A stretch of DNA of 64,000 nucleotides from Laetmonice hystrix (GCA_965235115.1 OZ249436.1:35714001-35778000), one strand, 5' to 3'. Shown: positions 13,881 through 27,383, numbered from the stretch's first letter. The notes: generated by a model from the letters alone, not told the origin. A program made the numbers and translations.

Positions 13881-16104
13881 TGGGCAATTCCATCAAATGG
13901 TCAACCTCATACTCAATTTTCCAAAATCCATTCAGATGACCAGTTTATATTTGTTTGATAACCTTATCATTAGAGGTTTCTAAAAATAATATTTTAAAAA
14001 AAATTCTGGACCCATGAAAAATTTTGGGGGGGTTCGACGTTTGTCGGATCAAATATGCTGACTTTTGCCATTAATGGCAATGAAAAACAATGTGGCCCTT
14101 TCCTACACAGTGTAGTTAATCTTTCACATTTTCTAATGTAATACAGAAAGGTTTGTTATAAGCCTACCCTCAGGTGAATTTAGTTTTCTTATGGTTCTTG
14201 TTGTTTTAGGTAAATAGAAATCTATTTGTAGACCCTTATCGCCCATGTACGTCCATAACCAAAATAAATTTTTTTTTTTTTAAGCATGATGTTTTCCAAA
14301 TAAAATCGTATTTGCCATACAAAGTAAACTATTACTTCTTAGCATACATAAGCAATCATTTCTTATTTGGTCTTATTTTAGTAGCTCTTTTGCTGGTTTT
14401 GGACGTACAAATTTAATGTACGTCCATAACCCTGTACGTCCATAACTACCCAGGGGGCCAGCCACGCTTTTTTTCTGAAAACAGACACGGTCTGCTGTAA
14501 AAGGTTGTTGTATATGGTTGGATTCCTTAGACCCTCAGTAATAACTTCTAGGTGGACAACCTTTGCAACAAGCTACTGTAACTCCGCAATTCAAGATGGC
14601 GTCTAAGATGGCCACCATATCTTAAACTCTCCATAATGTCGTCAGTTTTTATTGAATTTTCATGTGCAATACCTCGTTTCTATGGTTTTCAGGGTCGGGA
14701 AATCCATTTATGATGGCCGCCATATATCATGAAATCTCCATAACGTCGTCAATTTTCATTTCATTTTCATGTGTAATACCTCGTTTCTATGGTTCTCAGG
14801 GTCAGGGAATCTATTTATGATGGTTTCAGAGCGATACCAATTGGGTGAGTGAATGAGTGATTGAGCGAGAGAGCGAGCCATCTACCATCTAGAGTACACT
14901 TGTTCCGGGATTCCCTCAAAGATTTTAGGTGGGCCGGTTTTGTCACGGGACTATAACCAAGATTCAAGTCAAAGTCGAACGTAATAATTGGTACTTAGGC
15001 TATGTCTTAATGTTTGTTTTTCATTTACATGGTATAAAGCACATCATATCACTTTGAAACCATCATAAATAGATTCCACAACCCTGAAAACCACAAAAAC
15101 AAGGCCATTACACATGAAAATGAAATGGAAATTGATGACATTATGGAGACTTCATGATATATGGTGGCCATCTTGGATGCCATCTTGAATTGCAGTCTTT
15201 ATCACTCTGAAACCATCATAAATGGATTCCCCGACACCCTGAAAACCATAGAAAGGAGGTATTGCACATGAAAATTCAATAAAAATTGATGACATTATGG
15301 AGACTTTCAGGTATGGTGGCCATCTTGGACGCCATCTTGAATTGCAGTCTTTATCACTCTGAAACCATCATAAATGGATCCCCCGACCCTGAGAACCAGG
15401 TCCATTTACTGTGGCAAATCTTGATGAGATACAAAAGAAATGAAGACGTAAAGAAACATCACAGTAAAGATTAGTACTGCTATGCTAATGCTATGTGCAT
15501 TATACAATGATTACAATTTTTTTTAAATCTTAATGTTTGTTCACCGGGCCCTGATTTATGTATTTCAATTTATTATTTTTTAAATTTAGAAATAAATTGG
15601 ATAAATGAAGTTGTAGGTTTCTGAAAGTATATGTGTTTTTAATTTTTTTTATGGTTTTCAAATAATTTTCATAGAATGTACGTCCATAACTTTCGCACGT
15701 GTACGTCCATAACCAAAAATTGTACGTCCATAACCATACGTTTTCTTTATGTCACATTTCCCGTTTTGAGGATAGCAATGAATTTCATTCATATTCCCAA
15801 AGGGAAACCCTAGGCCTATTAGTATAAATTAGTTTCATTTTTATTTTGTACCACACTTCACAGAGTTTGCATGGTATTCCAAATCAGTTGAAAAAGTCAA
15901 ATCGTGCGCGAACGTCCATAACCACACCATTTTTTACATAATTTCGAAAAAAAACTGATATTAAAAAGCTAAACAAAGTAGCATCAGTAGAACTAGATAT
16001 AAGCTAGGTGATGGCTATAAAACATTCTGCCTTATTATATTAGGGACCCCTATGTATGCAATCAAAGTGTCTGAAATGTACGTCCATAACCATGGAATTG
16101 CCCA
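13881..16104. mobile_element. AT-rich non-autonomous DNA transposon, TA-flanked, iterated internal motif TGTACGTCCATAAC
   Basis: TIR tgggcaattccat / atggaattgccca flanked by TA; motif near 14246, 14417, 14433, 15677, 15700, 15721, 15912, 16077; contains an internal foldback at ~14586-15390. Confidence 0.8.
14586..15392. repeat. Inverted array of a ~130-160-bp unit (foldback) nested in the 13881-16104 element
   Basis: caattcaagatggcg...catgtgcaatacctc...cagggtcggga copies at 14586-14830 and reverse-complement copies at 15050-15392. Confidence 0.75.
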
Positions 16105-16884
16105 TATATAGGCCTACATTTCGTCAGGTTTGCCACGTATTAATTGATTAGGACTTCGGATAAGAAAGCCTATTAAGGCCTCAACAGATGTTTTTTGCAA
16201 AACAAATTCCAAATTTTATCTTCCCGATTTCAGCATTGACCGTCGCTTCGCAAGCCTTCGGCTGGCATCCGAACTGGCACCGGCCTGCTCGGTTGTTCCT
16301 TTCACTGTCTGGATTTAATGCCTACCGGTTGCTGCCATCGTTGGCTTCGCCATTCGACCACAACAATTTTACTCGGGATGATCCTATTGGCTAACCAGAA
16401 ATGCAAGCTAATTTCCATGAATCGCGCCTCAGACAGTGCTGTAATCTGATTGGCCGTCAGTAAATAATTTACCGGTATATTTAAAGGAAATCTGTCCGAA
16501 AATTGAAATAAACGCAGTCAATTAAACAAAACTTGAGTAAAAACAATTATTTTAAGGGGTTTCTAGCAGTCTGGTACCATGGCGCGTCCATATCGACAAA
16601 ATTTTTAATTAATTAATTAAGCGGTTACCTATTTGGCTAGAGACGAGAGCACGCGAATCAAATCATGCCCTTATTTGGATTATGGGGGGAGGGAGGGCGG
16701 AGCAGTGCGAGGCAAGCATGTGCCCAATCCCGTTGCTTAGTAACGACCACCCTAACAATGCTAACGCGGTCATGGCGGTCGTTCTCGGTTCTCAGTCCAT
16801 TGAGATGAAAAATATATGGGATGTATCGCCTCATTATGGCTCATACTCAACAAGAGACCTAGCACAACAATGTTATGGATACGA

Positions 16885-17464
16885 CATTCAGGATTCCCTC
16901 GGGCATATGACGTCATATCTGCATATACCCTCGGGTGAAATGGGCGCCATTGGCAACCAGATACATGGCGAAATCGACCTGTGTAGCGAGGCACTGAGTG
17001 AACCGTCATATCCCATCGAGCCAGAAAGTAGTGCATTATTGAAACCTGCTTCTTGGCATCGTATCAAATCTTTGATCGTATGTGCAAATATATATTTTGT
17101 GGTATAAAGGGGAACGTTTGAACTGAAAAAATCAATTACCTAATTTACCTAAATGGGCGTGATACGGTAATTTATCAAATTATGGGAAGTAATATGGCTG
17201 CGCCCATGAACGACAGCACCACGACAGATGGTACGACTACTTGTATCAATCATGAACATGATACTCTCGTAATATTGCCCACTAACTATGGGGAAAACAC
17301 TGGAGGCCTATTTTAGTTGCATCCATGCCTGATGCAGACAAAATACTGCAAGCACTGCCATGCTGGCGAGAGTCCCGGCTAAATGTAACCGCGATGCAAT
17401 GCTCAAAATGGCGCCTATTTCACCCGAGGCTACTTTCGAAGATATGGCCGAGGATTCCCGAATG
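16885..17464. mobile_element. ~600-bp MULE/Mutator-like MITE, copy 1, 9-bp TSD
   Basis: TIR cattc(a/g)gga.tccctcgg / ccgagga.tcccgaatg; TSD tggatacga at 16876-16884 and 17465-17473. Confidence 0.85.
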
Positions 17465-17754
17465 TGGATACGACAGAATGTTTTATCATGCAGTCCAGTG
17501 GGATAGATTCAAGATCAGGTAAGCCTGAAATAAGCGGATTCGTAGGAGATGGGGACAAAACTCGGCGGCCGTATAGGGTGATCGATTACCTTTAAGATGT
17601 ATTGCTGATAAGAATGAATTCAAACGATTAATTAAGATATTTTACAGGAGAAAGTTCTTTTTAGACAACAAAACAGTGAGAGAGTCTCTTGGTGAATGTT
17701 TATATATGTAGCATGCTGTATAGTTGTGAGACGTTACGGGTTAAGGAAGATGTA

Positions 17755-18607
17755 TCGGGTGGATAAAAAAAAAACGCCCCGAACTTTAAACTTTAATATT
17801 TCAAAAACTATGCAGTATAATTCAATAAAATTTCTCTTAATATCACTTCATGATATTATCTCTGGTATGTTAAAGTTTCAGCACAATAGCTTAGATATTA
17901 TTCCCGTGGCGCTCAGATCAAAAATCAGTGTCTAAAAACGCAATGCCGGAATTAGGTCAAATATCATGCAGCTGCCAGGTGTCCAATTTGACACCTTTTG
18001 ATGCACCGCATTGTACCTTGGGTAAAAAAAAATCAATATTTAGTTTTTGCGTGTTTTACAATATGTATCATGTTGTGGACCACTAGATATAATAAAATAT
18101 GTGCTATTCCTAGTACTTTTAGAGAAAAACATATGTTTAATGTGCCAAACCCTACACAGAAACTGCAACATTAGGATGATATGACTGTAACGAGAAGTTC
18201 AAGTGAAATCGTATCATTATCACGTTTAGCAACACATTCAGAACGTTGCGTATTTCCCAATGTTGGGAAGATATTTCCCTATCAGAGATCAGGAAGTGCA
18301 TGGGCTCATGGAAAAAGAGACAGAGAGCAGTATGGAGTGAAAACGGGGGACCGATTGACCACCTACTCTAGTTTGAGGCCAGGGACTCCGGGTGCGACTA
18401 CAACTCGCTTTAGCCCAGCATTGCGTTTTTGTACAATGATTTTTGTTTTTAGCCCCACGGAAATATTATCCAAGCTATTGAGTTGTAACATGAACATCTA
18501 AGAGACAACATCATGAAGTGATATTACGAAAAATTTCATTGAATTACAATCATTACTTTCTGAAATATTGAAGTTTAAAGTTCGGGGCGGTTTTTTTATC
18601 CACCCGA
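17755..18607. mobile_element. Tc1/mariner-type MITE with long (~200 bp) imperfect TIRs, TA TSD
   Basis: TA|tcgggtggataaaaaaaa.cgccccgaactttaaactt ... aagtttaaagttcggggcggtttttttatccacccga|TA. Confidence 0.85.
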
Positions 18608-18839
18608 TATATAGCCTACAGGACACCACATTTGTTACGCCATTTAAGCCGAGTGGTATTTTCCTGAATAAAGATGATTTAGAAAAAAAACACGGAAACA
18701 TAATTAGGCGGTAAGCAGGTGACGCTGCGTAGCACCCCCCCCCCCCCCGCCCCTCGCGAGAATAGGCGTGGGGTCGTGAGGGGGGGGGGGGCACTGCGTT
18801 TCAACCCCGAGCGTGAGAGGACGATTGGGTACTACTGCC

Positions 18840-19160
18840 GTTTGAGTGACCCCCTCACCTGACCTAGAAATCCCCGACCGGAACAACCAAACATTGCCGA
18901 GCTCGAATCGTGGCTGCTCGATTTTGCTGAGGCACTCTTGTTGTTTACTTTTAAGACACAGACTCTCAGAATAAGATACCACACAAACATCCAAATCTTC
19001 GGAGAAATTATCTACGGCTGCTATGTTAAACGGAAGTACCTATAGTCGAACACACCCGAAGTAGTTCGTATCATCCGGAAATTGGCCAACCGACTTGCGA
19101 CTACAGCTGATTTCCCTCCGCAAATGTAGTTCCTAATATTTCATCAGATATTTCTCTTGT
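18840..19160. repeat. Dispersed repeat, second copy at ~39708-40008
   Basis: Shared blocks tttgagtgacccc, acctgacctagaaatcccc, cacaaacatccaaatcttcggagaaat, ccgcaaatgtagttcctaata. Confidence 0.8.
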
Positions 19161-20317
19161 ACGGTGAATGTCACTTGTTTTAATCTCGGTGGGATTTAGA
19201 GGTATGTTTGGAGCGGGATCCTATGCTGCATTATGAGAGATTGGGGCTAATGGACTGGAGATTTAAATCGCCACAGTTTTTAAAACCTGTAAAATCAGCT
19301 TATAATATCACACATGCAAAAATCGAATAAATTGATGTTAGACCAACTATAGGCCTATGTAATGTGAGAACGCTCAGCTGACTCCGTTGCGATCTAACGC
19401 TCTATCTTCGAACCACTTCGCCATTTTGGATAACCCGTCAACAGGGGAATTCTTTATGTGCTATCCTTTTCAGCCTTTTAGCTGATTCTGTTGGATGCAT
19501 GGATTTTCGTCGCTTAAAAGCACATTTCCTCGGAGGTATATCTGCAAAGCAAGCGTAGGCCTATGTTCAAGTATGGTGGAGAGATACGGGAAGTTAGCAT
19601 GGGATTCCCTGGACTATTATGGGATGTTGTTCGACGTCATTTGCAGCGCTCCTTTCGGAGAGCGGAGGCAAATTCAAACTCCTGCCATCATGTTCTAGCT
19701 TCGGCCCGAATCCTAGTTAACACATCAGATCATCATACTGCAGTACTGCAACAGTGTGTCTTCACATATAATTATGTAAATAGGTTGATATCGGTGACAG
19801 GTAGGCCTAAGCGTTTTATTTTCGAAGTTACGTACGATGTAGCCTACCTTTAATAAGATCGACAAGATTTGGGGGTTGATCTCAGAATCTAATTGAATTA
19901 ATTTCGACACTTCTTCATTGAACTACCTCCATAAAGTCCTAATGTAATACTTTCACAACCCTGGTACAATCAGGCGGCAGTGCTGATTTTGTCAAATCGT
20001 AACTCCATGGGTGCATGAACAGATTTTATCCAGCCTTTATCTGGACCCCGCCACTCAGGCGTTTACCATTTCCAGGCCTACTTCTGTCTTGATCTGCAAG
20101 ACCGCCTATACGATACTGTTTAGGCATGTTGATATAAATTGATAAACCAAGTGTATGAAGTTTCCCACAGTTTTTATTGCACTTTTGTAAGATAACACAG
20201 CATACAAGCCGTTGAACCCATGAGTTTACTATAAATTGGCGGTAGGCCTATATCTTATATTATTCGTGTCGCTAAAAGATAATAGCTGTCCCATGTGCTA
20301 TCGTAGGAGTCGATCTT

Positions 20318-21418
20318 TCAACACATCACCCGAGCTGAAGTCGTTCCCGGATTGTTGTGAACACGGTTTTCATGCCAAACTAGAGGCGGAAAAGTGGACC
20401 GAAGAGTTACTAAAAACTGCTTATTAAAGATACAGTAAAACACAAAGTTAGTGGAAAATGAAACCATTTCAAGGATGTTTGTTATGGCCCTGAAGACGCG
20501 GTATTCATACGAGGAGAGAGCTGGCACTCCGAATATACTTGAGAACACCATAGAGTGAGAGAAAGGTTCCATTATTTGGCATAATAAAAATGTCAGCGAT
20601 ATACTAACCAACATCGAGGTTAACCTTGTTTGCATTTTTGACCTTTTGAGAATGATAATATCTTGGATGGTTGTTTTCCTGATATTTCTGTGTGATTCGT
20701 AGATGAACTTCAGTAATCTCGCGTTCAGAATTATAACTAGAAAAATTGGTATGGCTTTGACGAAGATCATGTGAAGCCAGGAAAAGACGCCGGTACTCCC
20801 AAAGTCTGTATATTCAATGCACTTTCCGTCCACGGATATTTGACGAACGAAGAAAAATGGAATATGGCACAAGAAGGAACTAAGAAAAAGTGCCGCAATA
20901 ACCCGTTTGCCGCAGTCACTTTGACATAACCTGGCGCACAGAGAGCCCTGGGCTACACTAGATCGTATGAAAAATAACCGTTCCAAAGCAACCGTCACCG
21001 AAATCCAAATACTTGCCGCAGCCAAACTGAAGCCTACAGTTTGGTATATGTAAACATCGTAGAACTTTCCAAAGTACGTTTTCCCCGGATCGTCCAGCGG
21101 GAGACATCTGAAGAGCCCGACGGGAAACACTACCAGAAGGACAGAGAAATCCGCGATCGCCATGCCGATCAGGTAGAAGACTGTCGCTCCTGACATCTTC
21201 ATATTGGGCCTTGTAAAAATCCACAGGTTCAGTGCATTTAAGACACAGCCAATGAAGCAGGTTACAGGTAAAACAACCGCGTAGCATACGAACTCAAATG
21301 ATGTTGTACACGGGGGAGGAGTCGTACACTCCACAATCCGATGGTCGCCTTCTATTGTAGGCCTACACTCCCTAGGACAGCCTGCAGGACATACTATCAG
21401 ATCGACTTCTTCCATCAT
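20318..21418 (-). CDS. Intronless class-A (rhodopsin-like) peptide GPCR, FMRFamide/sex-peptide-receptor-like family
   Basis: 366-aa ORF from first ATG with 7 hydrophobic segments; GCVLN (TM1), MAIAD (TM2), VALERL (DRY-equivalent), FLLCQIMEP (TM6), STNFVFY (NPxxY variant typical of this family); AATAAA on minus strand at ~20173-20178. Confidence 0.9.
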   Translation of the reverse strand: MMEEVDLIVCPAGCPRECRPTIEGDHRIVECTTPPPCTTSFEFVCYAVVLPVTCFIGCVLNALNLWIFTRPNMKMSGATVFYLIGMAIADFSVLLVVFPVGLFRCLPLDDPGKTYFGKFYDVYIYQTVGFSLAAASIWISVTVALERLFFIRSSVAQGSLCARLCQSDCGKRVIAALFLSSFLCHIPFFFVRQISVDGKCIEYTDFGSTGVFSWLHMIFVKAIPIFLVIILNARLLKFIYESHRNIRKTTIQDIIILKRSKMQTRLTSMLVSISLTFLLCQIMEPFSHSMVFSSIFGVPALSSYEYRVFRAITNILEMVSFSTNFVFYCIFNKQFLVTLRSTFPPLVWHENRVHNNPGTTSARVMC

Positions 21419-22020
21419 CAACTTAATTCTATGTCATCTTGATTTTAACACAGAGTTGGGGAACTATTCCCATGGAGTGGACAGATGTGCGAAATAAAGC
21501 TTTCCGCACGGGATCCACTGCGTTCAGTCTACTGCTCCGGTAGACTGGGATGATAATCATCACACCGTGGTTCATAATGTTGGGCTATGCATGTTGATAA
21601 GCTGATCCGGGCCCCTGTCCGACCTGCGCTGACTCACACTTGACGTCGAGTGTGCTCAGTCGGCCGAGGTTCTCGGCCATGCAGCAAACAAGGAGCTACG
21701 CGATAGGAGGCAATAAGCACCGCGTCATGACGTTTCCAGAAAACTTCAAGGTTACGAGACGGTCGAGTGACGTCAGAAGCACAGGTTCAAGATAAGAGAA
21801 GGCCTGGCTTTTATTTATTTCAATGGGCCGACTTGGCGTCCGAAAGATATTGCCTTTTGTGGTCCAACCTAATTCTGTTAAAAGGTAGACCCTATGCTGG
21901 AAATTTCTCGTTCGATGCTTTGAGAAGAAGTTCACCATTTTGATATTTCGTGTAGCGAAATCTTTGAACGGGCCCCTGGCGGATGTAGAGAGGCGATACC
22001 GACATCACTTAGGCCGGACC

Positions 22021-25000
22021 CTATATTGAGGCTTTCACGAAGAAAAGATCGTGCGTGTATAGGGATACTCCTACATTAGTTTTGTCGATTTTCTTATGAA
22101 GTCTGAAGCCTTTGGAGACCATAAATCGTTCAATTTCCTCACATGTTGCTTTGTTATGAAGATATTCCATGGTTATTGCAGTTATTTCTAACTTGTCATA
22201 CGGGATGGAGCTCAAGATCTGAAAGGAGAGTGGTAGGAGATAAACATAATTAATTATATACCCTATAGATTCAATTTTGGTTTATTTGAGATCCGCCCAT
22301 ATAGTCAATCCATTAACGACTACTGGTGGCGTCAAGATAATAATTATGTAATTATGTATTCTCCTATTTCCGTTTCTCCTAGTCGCTATCTTGGATTATT
22401 TCCCACTTTGTCTTCAAAATGTCGACGTCAGCATACATTTTTTCAGTCATTTTGGGCAAAACCTTGAAGCAAAAGTCTTTTTTAATCATCCTCAACATTT
22501 CTACCGTCATGTTAATAAAGTCTACTAGTCATAAGTGGGTACATTCTGACAAAACGGATAATTTGTCTCCGTACATGCAATAAGGGGGAATTTAAGTTTC
22601 AGAAAGATTGAGAAAGGGAGGGCCGTTTTAGAGGTACAACTGCATGGCATCACCTAGGAATGCTAATCAAAAGGAAGTACCGGAGGTGTCAAGAATGGAA
22701 ACAGTATAATAATAATTAAAAACAGAAATGGTTGAAACATGGCAGGGGCAATCCCAACCTCCTGAACCCAATCTGCTGGACCTGCATCTGAGATAACTGA
22801 CCTCCATCTCGTGGCCCTCGACGTCTAAACTTAGGAAATCCACCTTAGACCGGTTCAGAGCCAGCAGGACCGAGTAGAGGGGGAAGCAGGCAGTCGGTGT
22901 TCCATGCGCCATCAACTTCCCGTGTCCACCGGTAGATTCACGGAAATTCATCTAAAAACACAGGTGGCGGAAGTGGGGTGACGGGAAGGCATTGACCTAC
23001 TAAGTGATGCTAGTAGGTCTATAGGGGACAGCCCCAAAATTTAAAATATTTTTTATTAAGCCTATCCCTATAGATCTGTCATGAGAAGTAGGCTCTCGAT
23101 GTTTGCTGCTTCTCCTGAGGGCCCGGTTCTTTAGTTAAGCTCGAGTCAAAGTTGCCTCTATGATAGGCCTCGCAATACTCGGCCAAGGCTACACAAATGA
23201 GAGCATTTTAAAACACACAGAATGGGATGATATAGAGCACACAGCCAATCATTTCAAATGAAGTTTTGCCTTAGAAGGGATCTCGGGCCATAATGGAGGA
23301 GTCCTTGTGTGATGATATGCTCCCCTATATATACTGGCCTTCAGTGCGCATGCGCATTTGTACTAACAACATTGCAAGCAACGGAAATAAAACTGCTCGG
23401 TTCGTATTTCCAAACGTCTGATTTATTAAATATATGGGATAAAACCGCCCAAAAAAGTGAGCAATGGAGCGGTTTGATGAGAAGGAATACACCAGTTCGA
23501 CCAAACGGCATGATTCGCGACGAATTGTCCACATAGTCCGGGAGCCAAAGGGGGGGGGGGGTTATTTGCAGTTTCGAGGCCAAAAGGTCTGAAGGTGGTT
23601 TTAGATGCGAAATGTTGTGCCTCACCTGGATCTGAGTGTCTTACAAGTTGAAACTGCTGAATTTGGGTGTGAGGCATTATTTCAGGAGAATTCGCCAATT
23701 TTCAAAATGCGAAAATAATGACCCTGAATAATGGGGGTGGGGTAACATAAACGCTTATAGAGAACGTGTACTTCATATTTTTGCAAATGAGATATCATTC
23801 GGAAGCCCAAACAAGGTACTTTTAGATGGTATGTGTTCTGTATGTATATTAATTATCAAGGTCACCAGAGGTCAAAAGGTCACGTGGCCACGATATCGCT
23901 TAGAGGATCTGCTGAAATCTCGACATTATGCTCATTGTCGTATGGGGAGAGAGAATTTCTCTTTGAACAATCTCTTATAGTTTTTTGTAGCTGACATTAT
24001 ATGGAAATTTTTGAGAAAGTTTCAACAAATTTGAAGTATTCGTTGATTTTCTGTAAATTCCTGAAGAAATCACATATTTCGAAGATTTACGGAAAACCAG
24101 TCCTCCAAGATTCCTGCAAATCAGGTCAATGTACTTCATCATATTTTTGCAAATGAGATATCATTCTAAAGCCCAAACAAAGTACTTTTAGATGATATAT
24201 GTTTTATATGTGTATATTAATTATCAAGATCACCAGAGGTCAAAAGGTCACGTGGCCATGATATCGCTTAGAGGATCTGCTGAAATCTCGACATAGGCTC
24301 ATTGTCATCTACGTATGGGGAGAGAGAATTTCTCTTCGAACAATCTCTTATAGTTTTTGTAGCTGACATTATATGGTAGTTTTTGGGAAAGTTTCAACAA
24401 ATTTGAAGTATTCGTTGATTTTCTGTAAATTCCTGAAAAAATCCCCCCCCCCCCGGCTCCCGGACTAACAGCGGTGAGTTCGCATTGGAGGTATAGTTTT
24501 AACGACCGGCGATACCGGTCCCTGTTTGCTGGCAACTGGGACGACACTCAGTCAAGAGTCAAAGTGGAAACGAAAAAATTGGTCTCAATCTCACGGCCCT
24601 CAGTCGACTCATCGGGCCGTGAGATTGAGACGAACTTTTCGTCTCCACTTTGACTCGAGCTCAACTAAAAAACCGGGCCCTGATGTTTATATTTTCTCTT
24701 CCGCCGCCATAGTGAAACATTATGATAGAAATCTAGGCTTATACTTATGCGTTAAAAAAAATTCTCACTAATGTCCTTTAAATTCAATGTGTCCTATGGG
24801 TTCTTATTCCAGTTTGAAATTTCTGAAAGCTTTTTAGAAGTGCGACAACGTGGATATAATAATATACATGTATTATATAGGCCAAACTCACGACGGCAGG
24901 CTCCCCTGTGGGACTCAGGCAGCCGTTTAGCCTCCATGACTTCCTTTTCTTGGCCACAGACTGCATGAAGTAGTACGGGTCAGCCTCAATCAATACGCCG

Positions 25001-25767
25001 GTCCATCCTTTTTTCTCTAAATGAAGGGTGTTTGATGAGCGCTCGCCGTCCTGCGAACCACACTCGACGAAGAATCCCGTTTTCTGAATAGTCATTTTGA
25101 TTCGGTTAACACTTAGCCTAATGTCGTTCAACCGTGGACAAAACACAGTTGGCAGAAACACGAATACATGTTGTACTATTAGGCCTATATCCCTACATGT
25201 TTTTCTCGGTTGATCTAGGTTTGGACATGCATGAATTGATAGACCGAAAGTTTACGCACAATGCAAATTTATTATAGTTGCGACATGCTCTTCGAACAAC
25301 CTCACCTGCCAGTTTTTAAATAATTCCATTGCCACCTTAGCCTGTGGAGGAGGTCCTATGGCATACGACAGTTTTCTCAAACCTTTGGCAGGAGGAAAAG
25401 TATACCGACGGATGAGAGCCAGCAATCGGGGATCATCACGTTTGACATGTTGAGCCAGCAGCTCGCGCAGCTCCTGCACCATGCCTTTGGTAAACTCGTC
25501 CCAAAGTTTCAGCATATCGGTGGCAGTTCCTGGGGGAACGAAGTCGGCGACAACTGCAGGCACCCGACTGTGACGTGTCTCTAAGGTGGCGCCCCCTGGT
25601 GACGTGAGCGGAGCCGACCTTTCCAAGATGTTGGACAAGTCCATGTGGTGGCGATGGACACGTATCAGAATGATGATAATCATAATGATCAAACAAAGAA
25701 AGCATCTAGGCCTACACGTACATAGAAGCTGACTGCCATGTAGCCTCTTCAGATCAAATACTGCCAT
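22021..25767 (-). CDS. FkbM-family (Methyltransf_21)/protein Star-like type II membrane protein, 4 exons, ~333 aa
   Basis: Exons 25767-25306, 25083-24892, 22951-22802, 22218-22021, all GT-AG, all phase 0; N-terminal TM, then GFFVECGSQDGERSSNTLHLE-KKGWTGVLIEADP, CFPLYSVLLALN..VDFLSLDVEGHE, ITMEY..DLFFVK; AATAAA at ~21810. Confidence 0.9.
23119..24680. mobile_element. PIF/Harbinger-like non-autonomous element in FkbM intron 2, with internal ~370-bp tandem duplication
   Basis: TIR gggcccggtt.tttagtt.agctcgagtcaaagt / actttgactcgagctcaactaaaaaaccgggccc; 3-bp TSD TGA; duplicated block ~23768-24070 and ~24131-24440. Confidence 0.8.
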
Positions 25768-26361
25768 ACCACTTGAGTACGTTGGCTGAAAAGAAAAAGT
25801 AGCTATAGCTTTAGGTTATTCTCAATAAGACTTTATCGTGGGGGTGTAAAATTATGATGAAATTGATATCAACCATTGGTGAACGTCAAGCTCAGCGAAT
25901 GACGTAATGAGGGAAATGTTATAGTAAATCCACGAGTAGTAGATCTAGACCCCATGCTGATGAGAAGAAGTATAGGGCCTACACAGTACATCAAGGCAGA
26001 TATATCGCCTTTTCTTGAATATGGGTAGGCCTAATATCTTAAATCACCAGTACCCAATCATTACACAGACCATCCATTTTTATGAGTGATTATTCTAAAG
26101 TTTGAAAACGTATATTCCCTAGCGAAATAAAAGAGATGCATTTGTTCAATCATGGGTTGGCCGTTCCAAATAATCAGGGTGCCAAGGATCTGACCTGTAT
26201 AATTACCTTTCAAGTCGGGGAAAAGATCGATTCTCTAGGGGGAGAAAACGGAACTATAGATCACCGAGAGAGAAACGGGGTTTACGGGGTTGGGGGGGGG
26301 GAGCCGAGGTGGTTGGTTGTGCACCGTCCGGAGTAGCTATTTATCAGCTATTTAGGCAATA

Positions 26362-26661
26362 TAGCAGCAAATGGCTGCGCCCCTGAAGCCAGTGATTTTG
26401 ACACGGTTGTCATGTTCAACATAATATATGACTTCTTGGAATGGGGGGCACATAGAGGGATCTTGCAGCTGTCCAAATGTGATTTTTGACTGGACTTCTC
26501 CTTTAAATATATACTCTACTTACTCTATACTCTATATACTCACCTTTTAGAGTAGTGGTTGGAAATAAATGTGCCCCCCCCCCATTCCAAGAAGTCATAT
26601 ATGTTGAACATGACAACCGTGTCAAAATCACTGGCTTCAGCGGCGCACCATTTGCTGCTAT
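26362..26661. repeat. Inverted repeat, ~90-bp arms (MITE-like foldback)
   Basis: tagcagcaaatgg...gacttcttggaatggggggcaca vs its reverse complement at 26570-26661, ~120-bp spacer. Confidence 0.8.
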
Positions 26662-26834
26662 TGGGCTGGCCGGAAGTGAAGTTCCAGGGCTAATCTATTG
26701 CATGCCGGGGCTAGGCTAGACTAGACTCAAGTAAAGGCAGCCGAGGCGGGTCGGCAAAATTAACGGGGGTCAGTCCCACAGTCACAGTCACAACTAAAAC
26801 AGGTCTGTGCTGAACTGACCACAGGAGTCTGACA

Positions 26835-27383
26835 CACTCGGGACTCCCTCGGGCATATGACGTCACTTCCTGCTATTCGAATATACCCTCGGGTGGAATA
26901 GCGGCCATGTTTGGCAACCAGATACACGGCGAAATGGAGGTGTGTAGCGAGGCACTGATTGAACCGTCATATCCCATCGAGCCAGGAAGTAGTAGGCCTA
27001 CATTATTAACACCTGCTCCTTCGGCGTTGTATGTGCAAATATAAATTTCTGGTATGAAGGGGAACGTTTGAAGAAGATAAATGTTCACCTAATTTACCTA
27101 AATGGGCGTCAATACGGTAATTTATCAAATTATGGGAAGCAAAATGGCCGCGCCCAAGAACGACAACTGCACGACACATGCATGGTAGGACTACTTGTAA
27201 TTTAAGTTGTATCGTGAACATGATACTGCCCACTGACTTCGGGGAAAGCACTGTAGGCCTATACTGCAAGCACTGCCATGCTGTCGAGAGTCCTGGCTAA
27301 ATTTACCCGCGATGCAATGCTCAAAATGGCGCCTATTTCACCCGAGGCTACTTTCGAAGATATGGCCGAGGGAATCCCGAATG
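26835..27383. mobile_element. MULE-like MITE, copy 2
   Basis: Same internal sequence and TIRs as 16885-17464 and 40248-40851; no intact TSD seen. Confidence 0.85.
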
